From Blepharisma stoltei ATCC 30299 (taxonomy: Eukaryota > Protista > Ciliophora): DNA of 64,000 nucleotides. Numbering within the stretch: position 1 is the stretch's first letter; every line of letters starts with the position of its first letter. Below the pieces are notes generated by a model. It saw nothing but the letters and a program-made list of their open reading frames with translations. It did no database searches and was not told where the DNA came from. Below, piece after piece: positions 1-11,100 of this stretch. Both the position numbers and the translations under genes were made by a program. The DNA lies in contig CBFDEM010000014.1 of the NCBI GenBank assembly GCA_965603825.1, positions 310,001-374,000 of the forward strand, in the 5' to 3' direction.

Positions 1-1503
1 TCCCTTCTGAGGAATTATGATTTCGCCTTCGTCTGAGCTTTCATCAGACTCGCTTTGCTCTTCTTCAGATTCAAGCCAATAGAATTTCCCACCTATGCAC
101 TGTCCTTCTATTTTTTTAGCAGTCAAAGATTCATGAAGCTCTGGGTCAAGTTCTCTATTAAAAATAAAGCCTTTTCCTAAATCAGTTCCCTCATCTGATT
201 TTTCATATTTTTTATGGTGAGAGTCATACTTATATAGAGAAACTCTAGCAGTTTCAGGAATAACTGTGTCTTCGTTCAAAACCACATCTTTGCAGATAAT
301 GCTGCCTCGAAGGAGTCTCGAATTTTTTCCGATATCAGCATTCGTGCATATAATGGCATGAGAAATTACGCAGCCATCTTCTACAAGTACATTATCTCAT
401 ATATAAGAATGCTCAATAGTCACCCCGTTTCCTATTATGCAGCCCCTTCCTATAACGCTACCCGTTATGTGAGTTTTGTCTCCTATTTTTGTTCCACTTC
501 CAATCGCTGTAGGCGGGTCTATAGTTGATGTGTGCCCTATTTGTACTTTATCTTCTTTATAAATACTATTCCTGCTACATTTATAGCAAGTGGGAGTGGT
601 AGGAGGAATTAGGTTTGTTGACAAGCAGACGGGGTGCATTCATCTATTCATGATATCTCTTGAAATCGCATCATAAACCTGCGGGACCTTTACTTGGGCT
701 AGATATTGATGCTTAGGAATCACATATGCTGCAAATTTGTCTGAGTAGATTTCTGAAGTAATCAGATCCTTCATTAAATGGTCTCTTAAATCATGGTAGT
801 CAAAGCTGTCAGAGAAATAATGCAAAACATCGTGAGAGCAGATGTTGATTCCGGTGTCGACTAAATCATAGCGAACTTTGAACTGTCTCGCTGCTTTGAA
901 TTTTATGTTGCTGTTCATTTTAGCTTGGGAGCAGCCTGAAATGCAGTCGTATTGGAGGATTTGATCTTGGTCGAGGACTACAACAGTTTGATCTTCCTCA
1001 GTCCTCAATGGGCTATCTACTCTTTCTTCTTTAAAAACCTTGGTTAAGATAAATTCTTTGTTTTCGTGACGAAGTTCTTTGTGCTTATTGATTGCGTCTT
1101 GCAAGTTAGCATTCCCTACACAGTCTGCAAAAAGTAATAGAAAATCTTTGCGAATGATTTGTTTTGCATCCAATTCTCTGAAGACATCACCAAGACTTTT
1201 GCAGGAAGGCTGATAAAGAGGGATTACTTGAAAGTGGGAATAGTGCTGAGATTCAATATAATCAAGCACTTGCTGAGCGTGAGAGCAGCAAAAGATGTAA
1301 ATCTTTTTGATTTTATTGAGAGCTAATAGTTCAAGGGTGTATTCAATCATTGGAATATTGCAGAGTGGAATTAGAGCTTTCGGAGTATCATTAGTTATAG
1401 GCCAAAATGCACGTGTGAAGCTGTCAGCTACCATGACTGCGACTATTTCATCTTTTTCTTTGATTTCATCACCTGCTTGGGAATGCTCTGAAGGTTTAGA
1501 CAT
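1..1503 (-). CDS. EIF2B5: Translation initiation factor eIF2B epsilon subunit (3' end outside window)
   Basis: N-terminal nucleotidyltransferase-like domain (ADSFTRAFWPIT..PKALIPLCNIPMIEYTLE), then a hexapeptide beta-helix. ORFs 640-1503 and 397-639 join in frame via TGA=Trp (DIMNR-W-MHP; HSYI-W-DNV), and the frame stays open to base 1. Confidence 0.93.
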
Positions 1504-1694
1504 TTATATTATATCAAGACTTAAAGATTAGTATGTAATCTTAAGAGACTTAAAAAATAATATATATAAGATTGCACAAGATATGCTATGCCTAAATCTA
1601 TCCAATTCAAGCTTTGGACTAATTTATAGAGCATAGGTGAATCTCATGCTCTCTGTCAAAATTGGGTAAGTTAGGCTAAATTAGCACAAAATGC

Positions 1695-2522
1695 TTAATT
1701 TTCAATAATATTTAGCCACTCTTGATCAGGTTCAAATGGGCCTGGCTCTCCCTCAATCCTTAAAATTTCTACAAACCTCCTTCCTCTGATTGCCTTATCC
1801 AGCGCTAAAAATTTTGTTGATTGTGTTTGTGCTAAAAATCTTACATGCATATGCGACGCAAATCAATATTTCGGTTTTAAATGGTCCAAAAGCATTTTAC
1901 CCGCAGGACTTCCCAATGACCCAATTCTTATTTCATCTTTCAAAAAAGGTTTAATTTTTAGCAACTCTTCTGTATTTCCATGTCGATAAATTCCTCTCGG
2001 TCAATCATGTGATAAAAATATATCTGGTGAGCGAATTCTCAATAGTTTATCTACATCGAAAACTCTTACTCTGAATAAGGACTTGCACTCATCTTCTGTT
2101 ATAGCTTGTTCAGGTAATGGCAATTTATAGCTTTGCTTATGAAAAATCCCAGAAATTCCAGCAATTCTTAAGTCTCCAAATTTCATGACTCCTGCTCTGC
2201 CCATATAATAGATATTTGGTGCTACCCATCCTCCTCAAGGCAGCTCTTTCATATGTCCTACAGCTTCATGATTTCCTCCAATAAATAAAGTCAATGTTTC
2301 AGCTTGGAACTCGCCATTATGATATTTACAAAAATCGCCCATTGTGCGATACTTTTGTGGGCATGTCAAAGTCCTTAGATCGTCTTCGTTTCTCATTGCT
2401 TCGAAATCTCCAGTACAAAGGATGATGTCAGCTTTAACGCCGCGCTCATTTTCAAGCTCTTTTATAGTATTGTACATCAGCTCAAGTTCGCCATGAACAC
2501 ATCCTACAACTGCGATATACAT
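1695..2522 (-). CDS. DBR1: RNA lariat debranching enzyme Dbr1 (275 aa, short C-terminus)
   Basis: Motifs GCVHG, GDF, GNHE, GGWVAPNIYY, SHD-W(TGA)-P, KY-W(TGA)-FASHMH, TKFLALDK, DQEWL. Single frame ending at TAA 1695-1697. Confidence 0.93.
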
Positions 2523-3159
2523 TATGATTATAAAAAAGTGTTATAGGAATTGGCTATTATGAAGGCTGAGTTGGCTAATTTTCTTTCTTTGCGATTCTTT
2601 GTTAATTTCCCTCGTTTCTATCGCTATCTTAGAATATTTTTATAAGAGCTGACAAATTAGGTTTAAATAATTAATAGAATAGTTAGATAAGAAGCTAATA
2701 AAGCAAGCCAATGACATCATTTCTTAAAGAAACTGAGCAGGTGTTCAAACTTTCATCTAAAAATTGATAGCGGGAAAGGATAAAAGTGATGAAAAGAATA
2801 TGAGTGAAAAGAAATTTATATGAAAAACATGGAAAGTAAGGAAAAGAAAAAGAGATTTTTTTAAGCAAGTAAGATTTTTCAAGAGTTAGGTTAGGCTTAT
2901 AAATACATTCTATAAATTTTCTAGTGATTTCAATCTATTAAATTTTAAAGTCAGCTCGGAACGAAACTATTATAGCGATATATAAGCATTTAATCACTTT
3001 GATGAGTAATCCTTTCGCAGAAAAAAATTTATCAATCTTTGCTTTTGTATTTTTAAATCATCATTTCTACTGCATAATTAAAATCAAATTTCAGAAAATA
3101 GCAACATTTTTATTTTTGGCTGATTTTAATAGGTTCAAAATGATAACTCAAAACATTAA

Positions 3160-3887
3160 ATGGAAACAGGTGCAATTCAAGTCGGAACATCCCAGGCGGA
3201 CTATCACCATATAGAACACCAGTGCAAGCTAGATAAAGAAGATTTTATAAAAAGAGTCTATGTGATCTTATCAATTCAGCTCATCTTTACGACTATTGTT
3301 ACTGGAACTGTTATGAGATCTGAAAGCTATCAACAATAGTTTCTTGACAACATGTGGTTTCTCTGGTTTCTAATTGCTGTTTTATGTATTTTTTTCTTAA
3401 TCCTTTTGCTATGGAAAAAAGCAGTAAGAAAAGTCCCAATAAACTTTCTCATTCTTGGCATCTTTATATTTAGTGAAAGTCTCATAATAGGGGCAATCGC
3501 TTCGCTTACAGACCCAATCTCAGTTTTTATTATTGTAGTAATGACTTTAGGCGCTGCAGTAGGGCTAACTACTTATGCTTTTTTTCTGGGTATAATTATT
3601 CATGGCACTGTGGATTCTTGAGCAGCTCTATTTTAACCTTTATATGCTTTGGGATCTTCATGGGAGTTTTCTTCAGCACTCATATGTGGACTGTATTTAT
3701 AAGTCTAGGAGGTGTACTAATTTATTCGATCTATCTTGTTGTCGATGTCCAATTGATTGCTGAAGATAGAAAACATGGAATAACTTTGGACGACTATGTT
3801 GCAGGATCAGTGGCTGTGCATTTAGACATCTTTGCAATTATCTTTTGCATCCTTAATTGCTTAGATAAAATGAAAATATGCAAATAA
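3160..3887 (+). pseudogene. TMBIM/Bax inhibitor-1 (Lifeguard-like) paralog with in-frame TAG and a frameshift
   Basis: ATG 3160; FIKRVYVILSIQL, RKVPINF, VDVQLI, DDYV..V.LDI motifs. TAG at 3337-3339 aligns with TGG (Trp) of the neighbouring paralog; 1-nt frameshift in the T7 run at 3579-3585. Confidence 0.7.
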
Positions 3888-3920
3888 GTAATATTAATTT
3901 GCCTAAATATAAAAATAAAA

Positions 3921-4625
3921 ATGCATGATATTGAACAAGGGAATAATGACTGGTATGCTATGAAAAATCAGTATGAAGACCGTAATGGATTTATCCGCAA
4001 AGTTTACTCTATTCTGGTAATTCAGCTTTCAATGACTTCATTCATAACAGGCCTAGCTGTCGGAATTGAAGGATTCAGAGACTGGATGAGGATTAATTGA
4101 TGGTTTTTGCTCGCAATGTTTGCTATAACATTAATATGCATCATCACATTGTTCTGCTGTAAAAATTTCGCTAGAAAGGTACCTGAAAATTATATTCTGA
4201 CTGGGATTTTTACTCTAGGTGAAAGTTTTCTCGTCGCAAATGCTACAGCTTATTACGATCCAATAACAATCCTAATCGCAGCAATAATGACTATGGGTGT
4301 CACAATAGGAGTCACAGCTTATGCTTGTTTCACCAAAAGAGATTTTACAACGGGCTATGGAGTTTTATTCGGAATCCTTCTTGGTGCCATTTTCTTCGCC
4401 CTCTTCATGGGAATTTTTGCCTATTCAAGGCCAATCAATGTATTAGTTTGTTTTGTGTTTGTAGTAATTTATACATTTTATATCGTTATTGATACTCAAA
4501 CGATAGCTGGGGGTAGAAAATACCAACTTGGATACGATGATTATATAATTGGAGCAATGTGCTTATATATCGATATTATTGGCTTATTCTTATATCTTCT
4601 GCAGTTATTGGGAAGAAGAAATTAA
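3921..4625 (+). CDS. TMBIM/Bax inhibitor-1 family (Lifeguard-like) membrane protein
   Basis: RNGFIRKVYSIL..QL, RKVPENY, TKRDFT, IDTQTIAGGR, DDYIIGAMCLYIDII; one TGA=Trp at 4098-4100. Confidence 0.92.
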
Positions 4626-4678
4626 TAAACTTAATTTAAATATAAGATTATAACGAAAATACTTCAAAAATTGAATTA

Positions 4679-5518
4679 TTAAGCATTTTCTTGATGCAAT
4701 TTATGTTTTTTAGCTGTAAGCTGTTCTATTGCTATAGTGCATTTATCATCTCTTATCCTAAGTGGTATTGTTTCATAATTAATATTTCCAAGCACCCTAG
4801 GTGCTTTTTTAATTCTTAGCATGGACGATTTTTTACCTTCCACACTTTCACATGATAAAATAATATCACAACTTGAATAGACCAAGTTCAATAGATTTGC
4901 ATTCAGAGTATTTGTTGGCATTGTTATCATGCAAACTCCATTTATTGTTCTCAATAGAGTTTTCAAACTATTCAAAAACTGATAAATATCAGAATAAGAA
5001 AGCTTCGGCCAAGAGCTTCCTAACATTGAGAGAATAAGAACTCTACCTGCATTTGCATTTTCATGTGACAAAATATCCTGTCTTATAGTATTTCATAGAT
5101 TTTTATAAGAATCATCAATACTTGGACTAAGCACCCCAAACACAGCATTCCTTTGATTGCTAGCAGTACTAGCTAAGTCAATGCAATATGGCTCACTTAT
5201 AAGACTTGTGTTGCTAAATGTCTCGTAACGTCATTGAACTGATGAAGATTTGTGCTCGCCATCTCCAATTCTCCTTATATCTGGAATCAAATTTTCGGTA
5301 AGATTTTCACCATATATAAACAATTTTTCATCACTAACGCAACCTTCCCCTAAAAAGCATCTAGAAATATTCAGCGCATCATTATTCCTCGGATCTTCTT
5401 CTATTAAGCATAAACTCCCCATCGGATAACCTCCTTGAAATAGCAAATCTAGTGTAGGAATCCCACTTCTCATTACTTTAGGCAACCCTTCTCTATTCCT
5501 CCCAAAACTTCTTTTCAT
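4679..5518 (-). CDS. ELP4: Elongator complex subunit 4
   Basis: SGIPTLDLLFQGGYPMGSLCLIEED, FLGEG, Q-W(TGA)-RY, FLNSLKTLLR. ORFs 5231-5518 and 4679-5071 join via TGA=Trp. Confidence 0.85.
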
Positions 5519-5557
5519 ATTATTACTATTAATTTGTAAAGATAACCTTAGGTTAAG

Positions 5558-6148
5558 TTAAACTGGAAACTCTCTGTTCAAAGGAAACTCAAAAACGAGC
5601 TCTTTATTGGTGAGTTTATTATAAACTGCACATAAGGTATCTAATTTTTCTTCAAGCTTTTCTCTGTCTTTAGGATCAAGCAAAACTTTGAAAATTCTTT
5701 TGCCGTCAGTTTTAATCCTCATTCTCTTGCCAAGAATAGAAGCAGGGAATACAAGATCGTCCAAAATAGCTTCGTGCACACTTGTCAAAGTCCTTGAATA
5801 AGGTCGTTTTTGCTGTCCCTTAGATTTAAGATACTTGGGTAAGATAGTTCGGCTAAAAATAATAGCCACTGGTCTGCTAAATCGTTTTTCAAGTTCCCCC
5901 AATAAGCGAGCGTAAATCTTTCTGACAGCTGCAAGAGATCTGTAATGGAACATTATAATGACAGCTTGTCGAACTGCTCCTCTGAACTTTCCTTCGAACT
6001 CGCTGGCACCTGTAATAAACACATCTTTCAGCTCACCTTTAAGATCACTTGCAGAGGCCTCGATTTCACCAAGAGCCTGAGCTACGTGGTACTCGAATTC
6101 TGATGGTTCGCTGCCTTTCTTGATGATCTTGTTGCGATGATCTGACAT
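5558..6148 (-). CDS. RPS7: 40S ribosomal protein eS7
   Basis: RLLGELEKRF, QKRPYSRTLTSVHEAILDDLVFP..ILGKRMR, VYNKLTNKELVFEFP. Confidence 0.97.
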   Translation of the reverse strand: MSDHRNKIIKKGSEPSEFEYHVAQALGEIEASASDLKGELKDVFITGASEFEGKFRGAVRQAVIIMFHYRSLAAVRKIYARLLGELEKRFSRPVAIIFSRTILPKYLKSKGQQKRPYSRTLTSVHEAILDDLVFPASILGKRMRIKTDGKRIFKVLLDPKDREKLEEKLDTLCAVYNKLTNKELVFEFPLNREFPV

Positions 6149-6195
6149 CTTGCCTTTATTATGGTGATTTATGGCTAAATTAATAAGAAGGAAAA

Positions 6196-8130
6196 TTAGT
6201 TTGAAAGCTTAGATCTTAACGTAATTTCGTCCTTGCTCGGAACAGGGCTCATGCCTTTTTGAGCTGAAAATGTGTCAAGGTCCCAAGATTTAGGAATTTC
6301 TTTGAATTTTCGGTGGGCTTGGTATCTGTGGAAAATTTCGGCATTGCTGTCATCTGAAAGGAAATTTTCAAGTGGGGAATGTGTGGCTATTTTGGAGCCA
6401 TGGATACTATCTGACTCATTAAGAGATTTTTTGTGCTCTGATGGCTTTTTTCACATATCGGAAGTGCACATACCGCCTGGGGTTGCACGGCGTTCGTAGA
6501 TTTTACTACGAGGTCGAGTGGAAACTCGTCCTGAAGGAATTTGGGGAGTGGAAACTTCTCGCCTGTGAGTTGGCTCAGGACTAGCACGGCTTGAAGGAGG
6601 AAGCTGTGCTTTTGAGTGGTCAAGGACCTTTAAAATTTGATTGAAGCCTTGAATTCGGGAATTTTCTTCAGAACGTAAGCGAGCTTCTAATGTAAAAATT
6701 CTTGCTTCAGTAGGATTCATTCCTTCTAACTGGTTTAGGCTAATAGGAAGTCATGCTAGTTTATCTCTTAGCTCTTTTACATAATTTTCTAACACCCCTT
6801 TGGTGTTATTGATCCTGTTTTCTATCGGCTTAACCGTATCCGTTATATCTTTTGCTAATTTATCATCATGAGCTTTTATATGCTCATAAATTTCTATTTT
6901 TAGCTCAGAAATTTCTTCTCTAATTTCGTCTTTCAATTTTTCTGTTATTTCTTCAATAGGGATATTAAAAGTTGGATGAACTGGAATTTGAAAATCAAGA
7001 ATGCTATCTTGAGAAGGCTTAAAGCTTAAAGACTTTGGAGAAAAAGCTTCATCTTGATATTGCTGAGCAGGTTGAAATTCTTGGAAAGGCTTGGTCTCTT
7101 GTGCCATTTGCTCTTGATTCTCTTTCTGATTAAAAGTATTTTGCTGCCATGATACAGTAGGAGAATAAGATGAAATTTCAACCCCTGGTATATTTTGAAT
7201 TGACGAAAGAGGAATGGGAGAAGGCATTATTTGTACCTGAGGAATCGAATTTTTCACTTCTTCTAGTTTATTTTGCCATTCTTTAATGCTAGCTTTGATT
7301 TTTTTTATTTTTTCACCTAATGCTGTGCATAGCTTTGATATTTGCTGATCTTGAGAATAAACCAACGATTTTAAATGCTCGTCAAAATCTTTAATTTTCT
7401 TTATTTCATTTTTTAAAGCATTTCCATTACTTTCAATTTTCTTTTCAATCTCAGTGTTATTCCCATTCAAAATAAAATTGATTTTCTCAATTTTTTCCTC
7501 TAAAATTTTTGTTTCAGTTATAATCTTTTTATTAGCCAATTCAATGTCATTTTCTAAGTCTCTAAATTTCTCTTACGAGTTCACAAGCCTCAGCCTCTGC
7601 GACATCATATAGATTTCAGGGTTCAACAGCGTATCTCTTACTTCAGTAATTAATTTCTCTTTTAACTTTGCCTTCATCTCTTCAATTAGTTCGTCTAAAA
7701 TCGCAAAAGTTGGCAATGCATCAATTCTTTTATTAATATTTCCCAACTGCTCATTTAGACTTCACTTATAATCTTCCAATGATTTTGCTCTGTATTCATT
7801 TTCTTTTTGAATTTTCCCTTGAAGCTTCTCAAATTTCTTTTTCACTTTTTCATATTTTTGTTCTGTAAAATCTTTGCAAATTTCTTCAGAGCTTACTATC
7901 ATATCATTTGTATTTGAAATTGTTTTTACAAGCTCATTATAATGAGTTTCTCCTTTAACATCCACATGATGAATTGATTGTTTTAGTTTTGAAATGCCAT
8001 TTTCATGATTTAAAAGGGCTTTCCTGATTAAGGCAAATGTAATGATAATAGGACGTGGGATATTTGGCCAGTCTTGGGGATCGAAAGATTGTAAGTCATC
8101 GGCAGTTGTATCACGTTTAAAAGCTTCCAT
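6196..8130 (-). CDS. Hypothetical coiled-coil protein, one 15-nt intron
   Basis: ORFs 7762-8130, 6751-7539 and 6451-6720 are one frame via TGA=Trp plus intron 7562-7576; ends at TAA 6196-6198. Confidence 0.8.
7562..7576 (-). other. 15-nt spliceosomal intron GTAAGAGAAATTTAG
   Basis: GT..AG, A at position 10; removes an in-frame TAA and joins the frame. Confidence 0.85.
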
Positions 8131-8167
8131 AATTAAATTAAATTCTTATTCGTTGAAATAATTGTAA

Positions 8168-11100
8168 ATGGTGCTGTTGTGGATTCTCACCTTTTTAGCT
8201 TTATTGAATGCTCAACAAGTACTAGAAGATGGCCAATCTATTGAAGGACATATACAAAACCCTAATGGCGGAGAGCTTTTTTACCAATTCCATATAGGTG
8301 CGAAAACATCAAAAAATCTCAGCATTGTGTTGACGACTTTTTCTGACTGATCTGATCCCGATATTTACGTCAAAAAAGGAAAAAAGCCTACAAAGTCAGA
8401 CTATGACTGGGAAAGTGCCACTAGTGGAACTGAGTCTTTGGTGATCCCAGATAAGCAATTATCAAGTAATTCTGATTATTTTATTTTAGTTTCATGCCAA
8501 CATTTCTGCAGATATGTCATCACTCTTTCCTATACTAAAGAAATAAATTTGGTCCCTGGGATACCACAAACTAATTATCTGGAAGCTGGGTATCAGGTTC
8601 TTTATAAGTTTGAAACAAGGGAAGAGTTTAAAGAGGTTGAAATCACCGCTTCAGTTGGATTTGGAAAATTTGATATGTTTGTAAGCGAAGGCGATATAGA
8701 GCCTGGACCTGAAAATACGCTGATAGTTGATGATAATTCTCATATGGGAAAAAGCTTTTTTGTCGAAAATTTCAAAGCTGGAGCAATCTACAAAATTGCG
8801 ATCGTTGCTTTAAATAACACTGAATATACCATAATTTCAAGTGTAGGAAAAGATTCCGTGATGCAGCTGAGAGCTTCTGTATCTGTTTTAGGAATGCTAG
8901 AAGGGGAAAATCAATGCAACTACTATTCAATTTTTGTAGATCATGGAGAAGAAACACTAGTAATCAATCTCACTCCATTTTATGGGCTTCCTGATATATT
9001 TGTTAAAGTTGGGAAAAAGCCAAGCACAATAGAGTATGACTATTTTATGAAGTCTTTAAACACCCACGAGCTGAAGATTACAAAAGCTGATAGAGAAAGG
9101 AAGAATCAGCCTATTGGGTTTTATTATATTGGGATTTGTTCAGCTATTCACTCTTCATATTCTCTTTGTGCATCAATGAACCAAAATAGTACCACCAAAT
9201 TAGCTATGGGGATTCCTAGTATTGGAGCAGTTGAATATCAAAAAATCAGTTATTTTTATATTGAATTTTCGACCGATAAAGCAGCTGATTTCTCAATTCA
9301 TTTGACGCCTACAATAGGAAGTGCGGATTTATATGCAAAATTGTGTAGTACACAGTCATGCGAAATAACGCTTGAGCAAATCAATAGCAATGATAAATCT
9401 CTTATTAAATCCAAGCATAATGGAAGTGTCCAAGTTATTGATATTTCTACTGAAAATGTTTCTGGAATTACAACAAAATATCTTGTTGGAGTTATAGGGA
9501 GCACACTAGGAAATAATTATTTTAGCTTGATTGCCAATTTTATTGATTCAGAAACTTTATTATTAGATGGACAGCCTTTGCAGTCATCAATTCCTAGCCA
9601 GGGATATCAGTATTTTAAATATGAACTCATTAATCCAAATGCAGAGGAATTAAAAATTTCTTTGACTCCAATTGCAGGCAATCCAGATTTATATTTATCA
9701 AAACTGTCAAAACCAAGCATTTTTGACTACGAAAAATCATCGAATAAAAAGAAGCATGAAGTTGACCAAGTCAGCTATACAAAAGGAAGTCAAGATGGTG
9801 AGGATTTATCTGGGACATACCACATTGCTGTCTATTCCAAAAGATCGTCAACTTTTACGATTTTAGTTAAAGAAGACATTAAAAATACTGAATCTTTTGT
9901 CCAGCTCGTGTCTGGTATTCCACAAAGAAATAATTTGTCAAGTCGCGATTATTGTATTTACTACTTCACAATTAATTTTTCAAATGAAAATAAAGAATCT
10001 CTAGGGATTTATTTAACGCCAATTACTGGGAAATATACAATCTACATCAAAAATAAAGGCCCAGTTACAGATTGAAGGGATATCGAGACACAATACAGCT
10101 GAAAAACTGGCTGAAGTACCTCAAACCAAATATCTTCTATATCAATTGATAAAGACGATGAAAACTATCTCTTGTCATCTATTTATTATGTCTTAGTAAT
10201 GGCAACTGAAATTCCAAAAGACGAATCACCGATTTATTCAATTCTATTTACAACAGAAAATTCGCCAGTTTTATTAACAGAAAATATCCCTATTGATGGC
10301 GAAGTTAAAGAGAAGCATTACAAATATTACACTTTTCCCATTTATTTATCCCATGAAGATGTAACTATTTCTCTAAATGCGATGTCTGGAGATCCTGATT
10401 TGTATATTTCAGCTGATGAAAACAATAAAAAGCCTACGAAAGAAAACAAGAATTTTGAGTCACAATATTATGGAAGTGAAATTGTAACTTTATCCTGGAA
10501 TAATGATTTAAAAAGATTATGTCCTAGTCTTCCTGATGATTATAAGCATGGCAACCAAACGCATTGCTCCATTTATATTGGGGTTTACGGGTCGACTTCT
10601 TCTCGATATACAATAAGGGTCCATACAAAAAATTCAGCAGTTAGGCAGCTGATGTTGTCAAGCCCAGAGACGAGCTATTTGAATAAAACTGAAGATGATT
10701 ATTATTTTGTAATTTTTGATTCTTCTAAGCCTTTAAAAATTACTATACAATCTTCTATTGGCGACGCTGATATATTTGCTAATATCTATAGTTCAGGGTC
10801 ATTTGATACAGAAGTCTCTCAATGGCCAGTGCCATCAAGAACAAATAGCACTTTCCAGTCTTTATCTTCAATAATGACTGATGAAATCTCATTGATTCCA
10901 AGCCAATATGTAAAAACCTGCAGCAACACGAATTGCATCGCCATCATTACTGTCAATTGTTTTTCTGATACTTGCAAGTATTCTATAATAACTCAGCAGG
11001 ATGACATAGCACCTTTAAGCGAAAATACCCCTACTTATGGATTTGTTGAGAAGGATAGTTACAAAGTTTTTTCATTCTATTGCAGCAATAATGCTTCTGA

